A stretch of DNA of 64,000 nucleotides from Planctomycetota bacterium (GTDB taxonomy: Bacteria; Planctomycetota; UBA11346). The notes below the pieces were generated by a model. It searched no databases. It saw only the letters and a program-made list of their open reading frames with translations, and was not told where the DNA came from. Both the position numbers and the translations under genes were made by a program. Shown here piece by piece: positions 37,059 to 47,709 of the stretch. Where the stretch lies: the NCBI GenBank assembly GCA_038213805.1, contig JBBQSO010000010.1, positions 29,783 through 93,782 of the forward strand. Reading direction: 5' to 3'. Numbering within the stretch: position 1 is the stretch's first letter; each line of letters opens with the position of its first letter.

Positions 37059-39453
37059 GAACACGCGCACCCATCACCATGTCCCTGACGCAACCCGGCA
37101 CGCGCTCCGCGCATGCTTGGTAGCGCTGCTGCTGCTCCCTGCCGTCCCGTCCGCGCTCTGGTGCGCCGATCACCCGGACGCATCTCCGCGCGAGGCCGTC
37201 AGCGCCACCTACGCGAGCGGGATCCGCCCCCTGCTCGCGAAATTCTGTGGCGATTGCCATAGCGCCGATACCCGCAAGGGCGATGTCGATTTGACGGCAC
37301 TCATCGGCAACGCCGTCCAACCCGACCAGGCCATAGGTGAGTCTCAGCTGTGGCAGAAGGTCGGCACCGCCGTCGTTTCGCTGAACATGCCGCCGACGAA
37401 ATCCAAGGAGCAGCCCAGCGACAGCGAGCGGAAAGCGCTCATCTCCTGGCTCAAGTCACTGCGGCGTCTGCAGGATCCCGATCCCGGGCCCACGGTCATG
37501 CGTCGTCTGGCCCGCAGCGAATACACCAACACCATCAATGACCTGTTCGGCGTGGCGGTTTCGCTCAATGCCGGAGCGGACCTGGCGCCGGACCTCATCG
37601 GTGCGGGGTTCGACAATTCCTTGTCGCCGCTGCTGGCCGAGAAGTACCTGCTGGCCGCCGACGCGCTTACGGACCGCTTCATCGTCCCAGACCAGATGAA
37701 CCTGCAAATGGTCCCCGGTCAGGTTTCCGCGATGATCGCAGGTACCGAGGATAAAGGCAGGCCCGATGGCGGCACGCGCCAGTTCTCGACGCCCGCCGAC
37801 ATCATCACCCAAGCCAACTTCCCGGTTGAAGGCGCCTACACCTTCCGCATCAAGGCCGGCGCCGAGACCGCTGGCGGAGAGCCGATCCGGTTGGCGGTCC
37901 GACTCGACGGCATGGTCGTCGGCGAGATCACGGTCAAGGCGCCGCCGCTGAAAGGCGCGTGGTACTCCTGCACAGCCAAACTCACTCCCGGCCGCAAGCT
38001 GCTGTCGGTCCTCTACGCCAATCCCAAGGCGGTGGAGATCGCGACCGCACCAGTCAAGACCACCCAGGGCAAGCCTGCCGCCCCGAAGACCCGCAGTGTG
38101 GCGGTTGAATCCATCGAGGTCATCGGACCCCCCGCGAAAGCACCGAGCGACGTGCAACGACGGCTGTTCGTCGCGGTTCCCGGAAAGGGCATCAGCCCAC
38201 ACGATGCGGCGCGGAGCGTACTGGAAGCCTTCGCGACGCGTGCGTACCGCAGACCGCTGCGCGCCGATGAACTCGACTTCCTGCTGGGCATCTTCACCCT
38301 GGCCGAGGGCCAGGACCTGACCTTCAGCGAGTCCATCAAACTGGCGCTCAAGGCGATCCTCATCTCACCGGGCTTCCTCTATCGCACCCCGGAGGAGTTG
38401 CCTGGCGAGCAGGACAAGGACATCACCCCGATCGGCGACTACGAACTCGCCACGCGTATGTCCTATTTCCTGTGGGGGACCATGCCCGATCAAGAGCTTT
38501 CCCGCTGCGCCCAGCAGCACACGCTGCACCAGCCAGCGGTGCTGTCAGCGCAGACCAGAAGGCTGCTCGGCGATCCGCGCAGCCGGCACCTCGCCACCGC
38601 TTTCGCCATGCCGTGGCTGGGTCTCGACAGACTCGCGGACCTGCCGGTCGACGAGAAGCGTTTCCCGATGATGACCAAGGATATGCGCCAGGCGATGTAC
38701 GACGAAGGAGTCGCCTTCTTCCTCGGCCTGCTGGACAAGGACAGCGCCATCACCGACGTCATCGACAGCGACTATGCCTACGTCAATGGGCAGACGGCGA
38801 AGATCTACGGCATGACGGAGGTCAAGGGCCCGAAGATGCAGAGGGTCGCGCTCAGCGACAAGAACCGCGGCGGGGTCATCACGATGCCGGGCGTGCTCGC
38901 CATCACCTCCATGCCGTCGCGCACGAGCCCGGTCAAACGCGGCAAGTTCATCCTCGCGCAACTGCTCAACGAGACCCCCCCTCCGCCGCCAGCCAATGTT
39001 CCGGAGTTGAGCGCGCAAGACACCGAGAAGAACGCTTCGCTGACGTTGCGTCAACGGACCGAACTGCACCGCCTGAACCCGGCGTGCGCGAGCTGCCACC
39101 GGGTCATGGACCCGCTCGGGTTCGGGCTGGAGAACTTCGACGCCATCGGACGGTGGCGCGACCGTGACGACTTCGGCCTACCGGTCGATGCGATCGGAGA
39201 GCTGCCCGGCAAGCGCCGCTTCTCCTCGCCCAGCGAGATGAAACGCATCATCATGGGCCGCAAGGACGCCTTTGTCCGGACGATCACCCTGCGACTGCTG
39301 ACGTTCGCCCTCGGCCGCCAGATGTCCGGCTACGACGAGGTCGTGATCGATGACATCACCGATGCGGTGATCGCGAACGGCTGCCACCTGGATGACCTGC
39401 TGCAACGGATCGTCACCAGCTACCCCTTCCTGAATCGCCACACCATCAAGTAG
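37057..39453 (+). CDS. DUF1592-family protein (planctomycete cytochrome c; DUF1587/1595/1592/1588/1585 domains)
   Basis: CGDCH and CASCH heme motifs, RRLARSEYTNTINDL, RAYRRP, LISPGFLYR, ELATRMSYFLW, TSPVKRG, LENFDAIGRWR. Confidence 0.92.
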   Translation: MNTRTHHHVPDATRHALRACLVALLLLPAVPSALWCADHPDASPREAVSATYASGIRPLLAKFCGDCHSADTRKGDVDLTALIGNAVQPDQAIGESQLWQKVGTAVVSLNMPPTKSKEQPSDSERKALISWLKSLRRLQDPDPGPTVMRRLARSEYTNTINDLFGVAVSLNAGADLAPDLIGAGFDNSLSPLLAEKYLLAADALTDRFIVPDQMNLQMVPGQVSAMIAGTEDKGRPDGGTRQFSTPADIITQANFPVEGAYTFRIKAGAETAGGEPIRLAVRLDGMVVGEITVKAPPLKGAWYSCTAKLTPGRKLLSVLYANPKAVEIATAPVKTTQGKPAAPKTRSVAVESIEVIGPPAKAPSDVQRRLFVAVPGKGISPHDAARSVLEAFATRAYRRPLRADELDFLLGIFTLAEGQDLTFSESIKLALKAILISPGFLYRTPEELPGEQDKDITPIGDYELATRMSYFLWGTMPDQELSRCAQQHTLHQPAVLSAQTRRLLGDPRSRHLATAFAMPWLGLDRLADLPVDEKRFPMMTKDMRQAMYDEGVAFFLGLLDKDSAITDVIDSDYAYVNGQTAKIYGMTEVKGPKMQRVALSDKNRGGVITMPGVLAITSMPSRTSPVKRGKFILAQLLNETPPPPPANVPELSAQDTEKNASLTLRQRTELHRLNPACASCHRVMDPLGFGLENFDAIGRWRDRDDFGLPVDAIGELPGKRRFSSPSEMKRIIMGRKDAFVRTITLRLLTFALGRQMSGYDEVVIDDITDAVIANGCHLDDLLQRIVTSYPFLNRHTIK

Positions 39454-39469
39454 CCCCCCGAGGTGCACC

Positions 39470-40921
39470 ATGACCCGATCCATCATGTTATCCCGTCGCA
39501 CCTGCCTGAAGGGGATCGGCGTCAGCCTGGCGCTGCCGCTCCTCGAGACCATGTCCTGGGCGGGCAGCCCTGCGGGCGCGGCGGCCCAGCAACCGACCCG
39601 GCTGCTGTTCGTGCACTGGAAGAACGGCCTGGTCGCAAGCCGCTTCTGGCCCAAGGATGAGAAATCGTACCACCCGTCCGTGGCGCTGCCGCCGACTCTC
39701 GAGCCACTGCGCGCCGTCCTCAGCGAGACGCTCCTCATCGGTCAGATCAAGAATCCCTGCCAGAATCTCGGCGAGGACAAGAATGGAGCGGCCGGCCACA
39801 AGGCGGATTCGGCCTGCTGGTTGACCTGCGCACATGTCAACAAGGCCAACGGGTCAGTCGATCTCGGGATTTCCGCGGATCAGCTGGCCGCTGAACAGCT
39901 CGGACAGTACACCTTCCTGCCATCCCTCGAGCTTGGACTCGCCGGCCATGGTTTGAGCGGGGTCGAGGAACACGGGTATTCCAACGCCTACCACACGGCG
40001 ATCTCCTACCGCAGCGCCACCCAGGCCGTCCAGCCGGAGTCCAACCCGCGCGCGGCGCTGGAACGCCTGTTCTCATCCCGTCGCTCGATGCCGCAGAAAC
40101 GCGGAGCCGGGCCGAAGGTCGAGACCGGTAAATTCGCCAGCGATGCCGCCGCCGCCGATGGCAACGCCGAGTCGTCACTGGACAAGCTCATGGTCGATAA
40201 GGTGCTCGAGCACGCCAAGAGCATGCGCTCACACGTCAGCAGCGCCGATCAACGCGCCCTCGATGAATACCTCGACGGCATCCAGTCGCTCGAGAAGCGC
40301 ATCGTCTCCATCGAACGCCAGCAGGCCGGGGCGGAACGCGATCAGGGTGGCAAGAAGAAGGCCGGGGTCTTTTCCGACCCCATCACCGTAACCATGCCAA
40401 AGGACGGTGCCGTCTTCAGCGAACGTTTCAGGGTCATGGCCGATCTCATGATCCTGGGTTTCCAAAGCGATGTCACGCGCGTCGGATCGATTTGCAATTT
40501 CGGCGATTGCGGCGCCGAACTCGGCATCAAGGAGGACGTCCATCAGTTCACCCACAACGATCCGAGCCGGAAAGACGATCCGAATCTGCTCAAATGCCTG
40601 CAGTTGGAACTGATGTATCTGCAGCAGGTGGCCTACGTCATCCAGCGCGCCAAGGACATCAAGGACGGCAACGGCAGCCTGCTCGACCACAGCATCTTCC
40701 TATGCGGCTCCGGCATGGGCGAAGGCCGCTTCCACAACAATGATGACTGCCCGACCATCGTCGCCGGCCGTGGCAACGGCACGATCCGCACCGGACGCTA
40801 TGTCAGCCAGGCCAAGGGTACGCAGGGCGATCTTTTGCTGGGCATCCTGGCGCGGGCCGGCTGCACCGTACCCAAGCAGTTCGGACTCAACGGCACCAAG
40901 CTGTCGCCGGACCTTGCGTGA
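39470..40921 (+). CDS. DUF1552-family protein
   Basis: Tat-like LSRRTCLKGIGVSLALPLLE, ISADQ, PSLELG, NPRAALERLF, FQSDVTRV, SLLDHS; canonical partner of DUF1592. Confidence 0.92.
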   Translation: MTRSIMLSRRTCLKGIGVSLALPLLETMSWAGSPAGAAAQQPTRLLFVHWKNGLVASRFWPKDEKSYHPSVALPPTLEPLRAVLSETLLIGQIKNPCQNLGEDKNGAAGHKADSACWLTCAHVNKANGSVDLGISADQLAAEQLGQYTFLPSLELGLAGHGLSGVEEHGYSNAYHTAISYRSATQAVQPESNPRAALERLFSSRRSMPQKRGAGPKVETGKFASDAAAADGNAESSLDKLMVDKVLEHAKSMRSHVSSADQRALDEYLDGIQSLEKRIVSIERQQAGAERDQGGKKKAGVFSDPITVTMPKDGAVFSERFRVMADLMILGFQSDVTRVGSICNFGDCGAELGIKEDVHQFTHNDPSRKDDPNLLKCLQLELMYLQQVAYVIQRAKDIKDGNGSLLDHSIFLCGSGMGEGRFHNNDDCPTIVAGRGNGTIRTGRYVSQAKGTQGDLLLGILARAGCTVPKQFGLNGTKLSPDLA

Positions 40922-41405
40922 TGGGGGTGGGGGAACACCCGCGCCTTGACCCACCATGCGCATGCTGTCGCCCGCAGCGTCCTGAGTCACCGCCGCGCTG
41001 CTGACGCGGTGACCCAGCAGCGCCGGAAAGCAGGCGCAAGGCGGCGGACCACGCATCCACACGGTGGATGGCGTACAGCGAGTCCCGGCTAAGAATACGG
41101 ATACAGCGCAGCCGTTGGTATTATCGGAATCCGCTGAGGGCCTGCCTTCTTCAGTCCCCGGCATGGGGTCGCAGATCACGCAGACATGTCGCATAGCACA
41201 GCTGGATTTTCCGCCGGGCGACACGCGTACTCAGACGCTGATTGCGCTCGGGCGGTTCCGCGAGGCGCTCGACCCGTCTCCCGTCAACGTGGGTCGGCTG
41301 GCCGGCACGGTAAAGCGCCGAGCAGCGTGGACGCTGATGCCGCGGGATCGGACGTAGGGTTTTCGCAAAAGCCGTGATGCGCCCCGCCATCGCGCCTTCG
41401 CCGAT

Positions 41406-44400
41406 CTACTCGCCCTTGCGCTCGGCCCCGAATTCGATTTCGTTGGTCCAATGCTCGACCCAGTCGACCATGAAGGCTTTACCGCGTTTGGAGACGCTGC
41501 GGCGCTTCGCCAGCTCCATGCAGCCCACGCCCTGGTCGTCATTGACGCGGAAGTCGAACTTGACGGTCATGCCTGCGTCGAGCCGGGCCTTGGCTTCCGG
41601 AACTTCGGACCAGGGGATCGCGGCTTCGACGATGCGCCAGCCACCTTCATAGACGACCTTGAGCTGGGCGCCTGGCGCCGGGCCATCGGCAGGCGATTTC
41701 AGGGCGCGGGGATAGAAGTGCTTGTGCGGCATGTCCGGCCGGCGCAGGCGCCAGACCTCGGTGCCACCACCATAGCTGTCCGCGACCTTGTTCAGCGCCC
41801 ACTCGTAGTCGGTGCAGGTGTAGGCCATGTAGTCCTGGAACAGTCCGGGCAGGACGCTGATCGACGGCTTGCGCTCCTCGGGCAGGACGTTGAAGGCGAG
41901 CTGGACGTTGTCCAAATTCGGGACCATGCCGGCCGGCAGCACCGGGTCTTTGCGGTAGCTGTAGCGACGCACGCCTGCGGGCCAGTGCAGTTCGTCGAAC
42001 TGGGCTACCGGCTGGTTCGCGGTGACCCAAGGCAGGCTCGGCCATTCCGGATAATCGATGGTCGCATCGACGCGGGTCAGCTTGGGTGCGCCGGCGAGTT
42101 CAGTACCGGCGAAGAATTCAGCGGTGAGGCCGGGCTTATCCCCCTCAGCGGCGGTGGAAAGGCTGGCCGCTGGCACCGTCGCACGCTGGCCGGCCGGTTC
42201 GATCCATTCGAGATGGGCGGATCCGCCGCCGCCGCCCTGGAAGTACTCGATGCGCAGTGGCACCGGCTTCCCGGCGGTCAATTCGACCTCGGCCGAATTG
42301 TCGGTCGGCCCGTGGCCGCGCCAGTCATTGATGACCTGCTTGCCGTCCAGCCAAGCGCGCACGCCGTCATCGGTGTTCAGGATGAGGGTGTGCTTGCCGG
42401 TCTTGGTGGCCTTCAAGAAGCCGCTCCAGCGAATACTGAAGTCTGATCCGCCCTCGCCCTGCCGTTTCGGCCGCAACTTCGCGTAGGAGACCTCGGGGTA
42501 GAAGTACTCGTCGTCATCGCGCGTGGCGAAGCGTAGCGTCCCTGGGTGCGGACTGGTGTCGGCGATCTTGGCGGCAAAGTAGAAGTTCTGCTCATCCCAG
42601 GCCACATACCCGAGCGCGAACCCCTTCTTGATCCCCTCGTCGAAGGTCTCCCATGGCTTCCACGCCTTCTCGGTGATGGTCGCCTTAGCGGCCTCGGCCA
42701 CCCGCATCGTCTGCGGGATGGCGTCCTTCCAGTCGTCGAGCTTGCCATCGACGACAATGGTCCGACGCGAGATCCAGTTGACGCGCATCTCCTCGTGGTG
42801 TTCGGCGACCAGCCCTTGGCCCGCGTCGAAGTGCAGGTCCAGGGGATACAGGTTGGCGGAATTCGCCGCGCCGCCCGTGACCTTGACCTCGATGACCTTC
42901 ATCTCGTGAGCGTCGAAGGTGACCTGCCTGGGATAGTCGAGCTCGAGACCGGCGATGGCGACGGTCAACGCGCCGCTGACCGGTCGGTTGAGGATGTTGC
43001 GCAGTTCGACCCGCATCGTCGGTCTGCTGGCGATGGGCGCGGTGAAGTCGTGGCAGCGCTTTTCGAGCGGCTCATAGCCGTCGATGCGCGCGTCCTGCAC
43101 GGCTTTGCGCAGGGCATCCATCGACCCCGGTCGGCCATTGCCGCGCAGGTAGTAACCGCGCACGCTCAGCGGGATGGTGAATACGCCAGCGACCGCGGGG
43201 ACCGGATTGCCATAGAAGTCGAGCAGTGTAAAGCGGTCGCCGTCAGCCGCGATCTTCATGGCACAGCCGCTGTAGGGCTGCGGGCTCAGCAGCCGCTCTG
43301 CGAGTTTTTCCCGTTCCGGTGACGCAGCGGGGGACGCGGCCAGTTCGGTGCGTAGCGCACGGTTGGCCGCCAACTCGGCGAGACTGCGGACGGTGCGGAA
43401 TGCGGGCACGTCGGCGCCGTAGAAACTCATGTCTCCGAGCACCACCAGGGTTGCATCCTCCGGATCCTGGGTGCCGCTCTTCACCTCGGCGTCGAACTGC
43501 ATGACGAAGGGCAAACCGCGCCACAGCAGCTTGTCGAAGGGGCGCTCGCCGATCAGGTGCTGGAACGCGCCGACGGCGGCGGCCGGACCGAAGGCATGGA
43601 CGATGCTGCGCTTCCCGATGCTGCCGTCGGCATTGGTGACCGAGCGCTCGTGCATGGTGGCGACCGTGCGATTGCTCTGGATGCCGACCGCCCGGTCCTG
43701 ACCGAAGCTGAACATGGTCGCGAGCACCGAGCAGACCCGGTCGTCGGTATTGCCGACCCAGCTCTCGGTGTCCCAGAACAGGACCGGGTTGGGCTTGCCG
43801 TCCGGGCCCTTGCGTTCGCGCCAGGCACGCCAGTTGGTATGGGGATCGGTACCCTGGTAGTGCAGACTGACGAAATCGAACATCGGCATGAAGCGGTCGC
43901 TGCCGTCGCTGAAGAGCTTGTCCAAGCTGTTGGAGGACGAGTCGCCGCCGCCCTGCAGGACCTCGACTCCGGCCTCGCCGCGCGCAGCGCGCACGCCCTT
44001 GTCCATGGCGATGGTCAGCTCGCGGAAGCGCTCGTCATCCGCGCCCCATCCGGCGATCGAACCGCCATTCCACGGCTCGTTCCAGATCTTGACGGCGGTC
44101 ACCGGTCCCTTGGGCCAGCCGAATTCGACCAGCAGCCGCTTCACGAAGGCGGTGAAGGCCTCGTCGAAAGCCGGCTGCCACACGATATCCCCGACGCCAT
44201 CCTGCATCATGCCCTGGTCATCGAGATGCGGCCGGTTGCGGCCGAGCGGTGCCATCTCGCCCCCGAATTGGGCGCCATGACCGAACTCGATGCAGATCGG
44301 CAGACCGACGTCGGCGAAGCGGCGCAGCAGACGCGCCTGTTCCTGGTAGTAGGCCTCGCCATCCGGGTCTCGCGGACTGCGCGGAGACATCCCGATCCGA

Positions 44401-45014
44401 TTTGGCGCCGCGCCCAGCCGGCGCAGCACCCGGGGATCGCTGATGTCCATGGTCAGCTTGTAGAAGCGCCGCTTCTCAAAGTCCGGCTTGAAAGTACGCG
44501 CCACGGAGGTGATGAAGAAACGGTGCGGGTGCCCGTCAACCTCGAGCACGACGGCGAATCCGCCGTTTCGGTCCGGGACCGGCGGAGCGATGCGCAGGTG
44601 CTGCACGCCCCGGGCGGGAATATCGATGGCCACGCTGGTCGCGCCGACCTCGGCGATCCGCCGCACCCCATATGCGAAGATCGTTCCATCGTGGGTCCAG
44701 GTCTCGTAGGCGATGACCACCACGCGCGCCTGCTGGGCGATCGCGGCGTCGGTGAGATTCTCGATCTGGATTTCCAGCTCGGCCTGTTCGCCGGTCCACA
44801 AGATGTTGGTCGGCTCCTTGGAACCGATGAGCTTCACCCGCAGGCCGCCATCGGTGGAGAAGGTGTCGGCCAGGTGCGCGGGGTCGGTGCCCAGGGTCTG
44901 CGCCCATTCCGCCGCCGGCAGATCGCCATGGTCTTCGCTGGACAGCAGTTCGCTGGCGGTAAGCCCGGCAGAGCAGCTGAGTGCGAGGCTGATGAGGTTG
45001 GCGGCTAAGCGCAT
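41406..45014 (-). CDS. Secreted clan GH-A-like hydrolase with CBM9-like domain and inserted PA14
   Basis: KIWNEP acid/base, SLHY, WDTES nucleophile; VDGKLDDW..AWDEQNFYFAA..EAAIPW..FRVNDD; PA14 FSIRWSG..DDGVR..EYFQ. Confidence 0.75.
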   Translation of the reverse strand: MRLAANLISLALSCSAGLTASELLSSEDHGDLPAAEWAQTLGTDPAHLADTFSTDGGLRVKLIGSKEPTNILWTGEQAELEIQIENLTDAAIAQQARVVVIAYETWTHDGTIFAYGVRRIAEVGATSVAIDIPARGVQHLRIAPPVPDRNGGFAVVLEVDGHPHRFFITSVARTFKPDFEKRRFYKLTMDISDPRVLRRLGAAPNRIGMSPRSPRDPDGEAYYQEQARLLRRFADVGLPICIEFGHGAQFGGEMAPLGRNRPHLDDQGMMQDGVGDIVWQPAFDEAFTAFVKRLLVEFGWPKGPVTAVKIWNEPWNGGSIAGWGADDERFRELTIAMDKGVRAARGEAGVEVLQGGGDSSSNSLDKLFSDGSDRFMPMFDFVSLHYQGTDPHTNWRAWRERKGPDGKPNPVLFWDTESWVGNTDDRVCSVLATMFSFGQDRAVGIQSNRTVATMHERSVTNADGSIGKRSIVHAFGPAAAVGAFQHLIGERPFDKLLWRGLPFVMQFDAEVKSGTQDPEDATLVVLGDMSFYGADVPAFRTVRSLAELAANRALRTELAASPAASPEREKLAERLLSPQPYSGCAMKIAADGDRFTLLDFYGNPVPAVAGVFTIPLSVRGYYLRGNGRPGSMDALRKAVQDARIDGYEPLEKRCHDFTAPIASRPTMRVELRNILNRPVSGALTVAIAGLELDYPRQVTFDAHEMKVIEVKVTGGAANSANLYPLDLHFDAGQGLVAEHHEEMRVNWISRRTIVVDGKLDDWKDAIPQTMRVAEAAKATITEKAWKPWETFDEGIKKGFALGYVAWDEQNFYFAAKIADTSPHPGTLRFATRDDDEYFYPEVSYAKLRPKRQGEGGSDFSIRWSGFLKATKTGKHTLILNTDDGVRAWLDGKQVINDWRGHGPTDNSAEVELTAGKPVPLRIEYFQGGGGGSAHLEWIEPAGQRATVPAASLSTAAEGDKPGLTAEFFAGTELAGAPKLTRVDATIDYPEWPSLPWVTANQPVAQFDELHWPAGVRRYSYRKDPVLPAGMVPNLDNVQLAFNVLPEERKPSISVLPGLFQDYMAYTCTDYEWALNKVADSYGGGTEVWRLRRPDMPHKHFYPRALKSPADGPAPGAQLKVVYEGGWRIVEAAIPWSEVPEAKARLDAGMTVKFDFRVNDDQGVGCMELAKRRSVSKRGKAFMVDWVEHWTNEIEFGAERKGE

Positions 45015-45168
45015 GGGGGGACCTTGTCTCAGGAATGCACGCGGTGCAGTCGAGCAGCGGGAGCATTGCTCAGGGGCGTGGGCGCCCGACCGCAGCGGCC
45101 GGACCGCGCATGCGGGCGAGGCGATGGAGGCCGGCCACGAGTCCCAGGCCCCCTGATGGCGACCGCGC

Positions 45169-47502
45169 TCACCGGGTCAGCGTGACTGCGGTGAAGGTGG
45201 CGGTGGTGGAAGCGAAGGTGTGCCCCGAGGTGACGAAAAGGCCGATGCGGCTGGTCCCAGCGAAGGCCTGATCATGGGTGAACAGCGGTTCCCCCCAGTT
45301 CTTGCCGTCCGTCGACGCGTAGATGCGGATCTGGGTAGCCGACTTGGCCAGCCTGAGATGGAGCGGCAGCTTTCCTGGGGTGGTCAGCGCCTTCACCTGG
45401 TTGTCGTCAGCATCGTCGGTCTTGGTGCGCCAGCGGCACTGCAGGCCGCCGTCGATGGTCGCCTCGACCAGGAAGAAGCGACTACGCACCTGGCCCACGT
45501 CCTCGCGGATCATCAATCCCGCGACGCTGGAGGGACGTCGCGCATTCGGATAATTCGGACCACCGACATTGGGACCGAGCGTCGTCAGGCAGGCCGTCAA
45601 CTCCCCATCCGCCACCAGCGGCTGGTCCAGGAAGACCCCCTGGTCCAGGTTCCGCGACCACCAGGAGGTGATGGCGTGACCGCATCCGGTCAGGGTGAAG
45701 CCATCCTTGGCCCAGACCGCCGCACCGGGGATGGGCGGGCTGCCCAGCTCATCGTAGGTCCACCCATCCGGCAAGGTCGACGCCGTCACGGTCAGGGCGC
45801 AGGTCTGCGTCACCGCGTCCACCGTGGCGGTGATCGTGCAGGTGCCGGGCTTCTTCGCCGCCACGATCGCGATCTGCTCGCCGATCTGCCGCACCTGGGC
45901 CACCGCGGGATCGCTGCTGACCCACCGCACCTGCCGGTCGAAGCTGTTCAGAGGCGCCAAGGTGGCCGTGAGCGTCGCGCGGCCGTTGGCGGGCAGGGTG
46001 AGGGTCTTCTGATCAAGCATCAGTGAGGCGACCGCGGTCTTGGCCTTGCAGGTGATCGCCTCATTCAGCTCGATGCCATTGACGACGATGCCTTCAGCCT
46101 CCTTGACCGGGGTCGCAACGAGGCGGTAGCTGTTCCACTTGGCCGGTTTGGCGACGGTGAATTCCAGGCGCTTCGCGCTGTCACCGAAGGCTGGCGCCTG
46201 GCGGCTGTCGAGACGGGTCCAGGTCGCCCCGCCGTCATTGGAGCCCGACAATTCCACGCTCGCTGGCAAACGTCCAGGATCGTTGCAGATGATGACATAG
46301 GACGTGACGAGATATTTGCGGCCATCCGCATGGCGGAATTCCATCCAGCTCGACGCTGCCTTGTCGCGCCAGCCGAGATCCTTGTCCAACCACAGGCCAT
46401 TCGGATCCCGGGTGCCCGAACAGGTCGTCCGCACCATGCCGCAGCGCGCGTAGGAGAGGGTGTTGTAATTCAGATCGGTTGGATGACCCGTGCCGGCGAC
46501 CATCATGTCCTCAAGCGCGGTTTCGACGTCGCGGCGGGGACGCTTCTCGTCCAGGACCAGGTAGGAATGGCCGCGGTCCACATCGCTCTTCCACAGATTC
46601 CGACCGGTGCCGGCATCGGCGGTGTTCGAGCCGCCGCTGACCACGCTGTACCAGGGCTTGGCGCCTCGCACCGCCACCAGGCAGGAGATGGGATCCCAGC
46701 TCAGCCGATCCGCGGCATAACCCACGTCGGCATACATGGCGTAGGCGATGCTCAGCGGATTGTGCTCCGGCATCTCATAGGTGACGCGGCGGCCGGAGCA
46801 GGTCGATCCCCCATCGCCATTCCACAGCACCGGCGTCGGCCACGAGGCGCAGACCAGGGCGGTCGACGGGGCATCGACCATGAAGTTGTATTCCAGGTCC
46901 TTCTCGTTCTTCGAGTCGTACGGGCGGTACTTGCCGCCCATGACCCCCAGCTCCTTGACCTTCTTGGCGATCAGCGCCGGGCCGTCGAGCGGGCTTGCCG
47001 CGTCGGCCTTGGACTTGAGCAGGTTGGCGAGATTGCGCAGCGGGCCGACCGCAACGACGGTCACGCTGTGATCGGGCTGGCTGGCCAGGATCTGCCGGTA
47101 CAGGGTCACCGCGTCGGGATACGCACTGCCGGTCGCGAAGCGCCGCGGATAGCGCTCGGCGATCCAATTCGTGTACGACCCGCCATCCTTGAAGCCCGGG
47201 TCCTTGAGCGTGCCCACGGGGATCTCGGGATGTCCAAACCAAGCGTTGATCGCATCGAGCGCCGGCGCAATGCTTTTCGAAGAGATGCAGCCCATGGTCG
47301 CCAACAGCTTCGCTTCGCCACGCGCGACGGCGCCATGGAGGATGAAGAGTCCGCCGACATCGTCGCAATCTCCGCCCATGTCGGTATCGAAAATGATGTT
47401 CAAAGGCTGGTCGGCCGCAACGCACGCCCCTGCCGAGAGGCTGTAGGCGAGGATGGCCACCATGAGGCCGAGGGTCTGCGCGGTTTGGCTGGGTTGTTTC
47501 AT
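45169..47502 (-). CDS. Secreted nucleoside-hydrolase-fold protein with discoidin-like, Big_2 and lectin-like domains
   Basis: IIFDTDMGGDCDD, VAVGPLRNLANLL, MGG, EYNF, SWDP; LSGSNDGGATWTRLD; VRWVSSDPAVA; AGLMIRED. Confidence 0.8.
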   Translation of the reverse strand: MKQPSQTAQTLGLMVAILAYSLSAGACVAADQPLNIIFDTDMGGDCDDVGGLFILHGAVARGEAKLLATMGCISSKSIAPALDAINAWFGHPEIPVGTLKDPGFKDGGSYTNWIAERYPRRFATGSAYPDAVTLYRQILASQPDHSVTVVAVGPLRNLANLLKSKADAASPLDGPALIAKKVKELGVMGGKYRPYDSKNEKDLEYNFMVDAPSTALVCASWPTPVLWNGDGGSTCSGRRVTYEMPEHNPLSIAYAMYADVGYAADRLSWDPISCLVAVRGAKPWYSVVSGGSNTADAGTGRNLWKSDVDRGHSYLVLDEKRPRRDVETALEDMMVAGTGHPTDLNYNTLSYARCGMVRTTCSGTRDPNGLWLDKDLGWRDKAASSWMEFRHADGRKYLVTSYVIICNDPGRLPASVELSGSNDGGATWTRLDSRQAPAFGDSAKRLEFTVAKPAKWNSYRLVATPVKEAEGIVVNGIELNEAITCKAKTAVASLMLDQKTLTLPANGRATLTATLAPLNSFDRQVRWVSSDPAVAQVRQIGEQIAIVAAKKPGTCTITATVDAVTQTCALTVTASTLPDGWTYDELGSPPIPGAAVWAKDGFTLTGCGHAITSWWSRNLDQGVFLDQPLVADGELTACLTTLGPNVGGPNYPNARRPSSVAGLMIREDVGQVRSRFFLVEATIDGGLQCRWRTKTDDADDNQVKALTTPGKLPLHLRLAKSATQIRIYASTDGKNWGEPLFTHDQAFAGTSRIGLFVTSGHTFASTTATFTAVTLTR

Positions 47503-47709
47503 GGATGTCCAAGCTTGGAGATATGCGGCGACGCGAGCACCTTGGAAGTCTTCTCAGACATGGCCGCCCCTCTCAGGTCGTACCACCAGTAGCCGGACCG
47601 CCGCATCACCGTGACGGAAGGCATGCGCGGCGTTCATCCGCATCATGCGCGGAATAATACCTCGCCGGGCTGGTGGACTCCAGGACATTCCACCGTCGCA
47701 AGTCCATCA

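Noticed and set aside
40922..41405. Short ORFs between DUF1552 and the GH-A gene, one with TPR-like LIALGRFREAL
   Set aside because: Too short and unsupported; at most decayed sequence.
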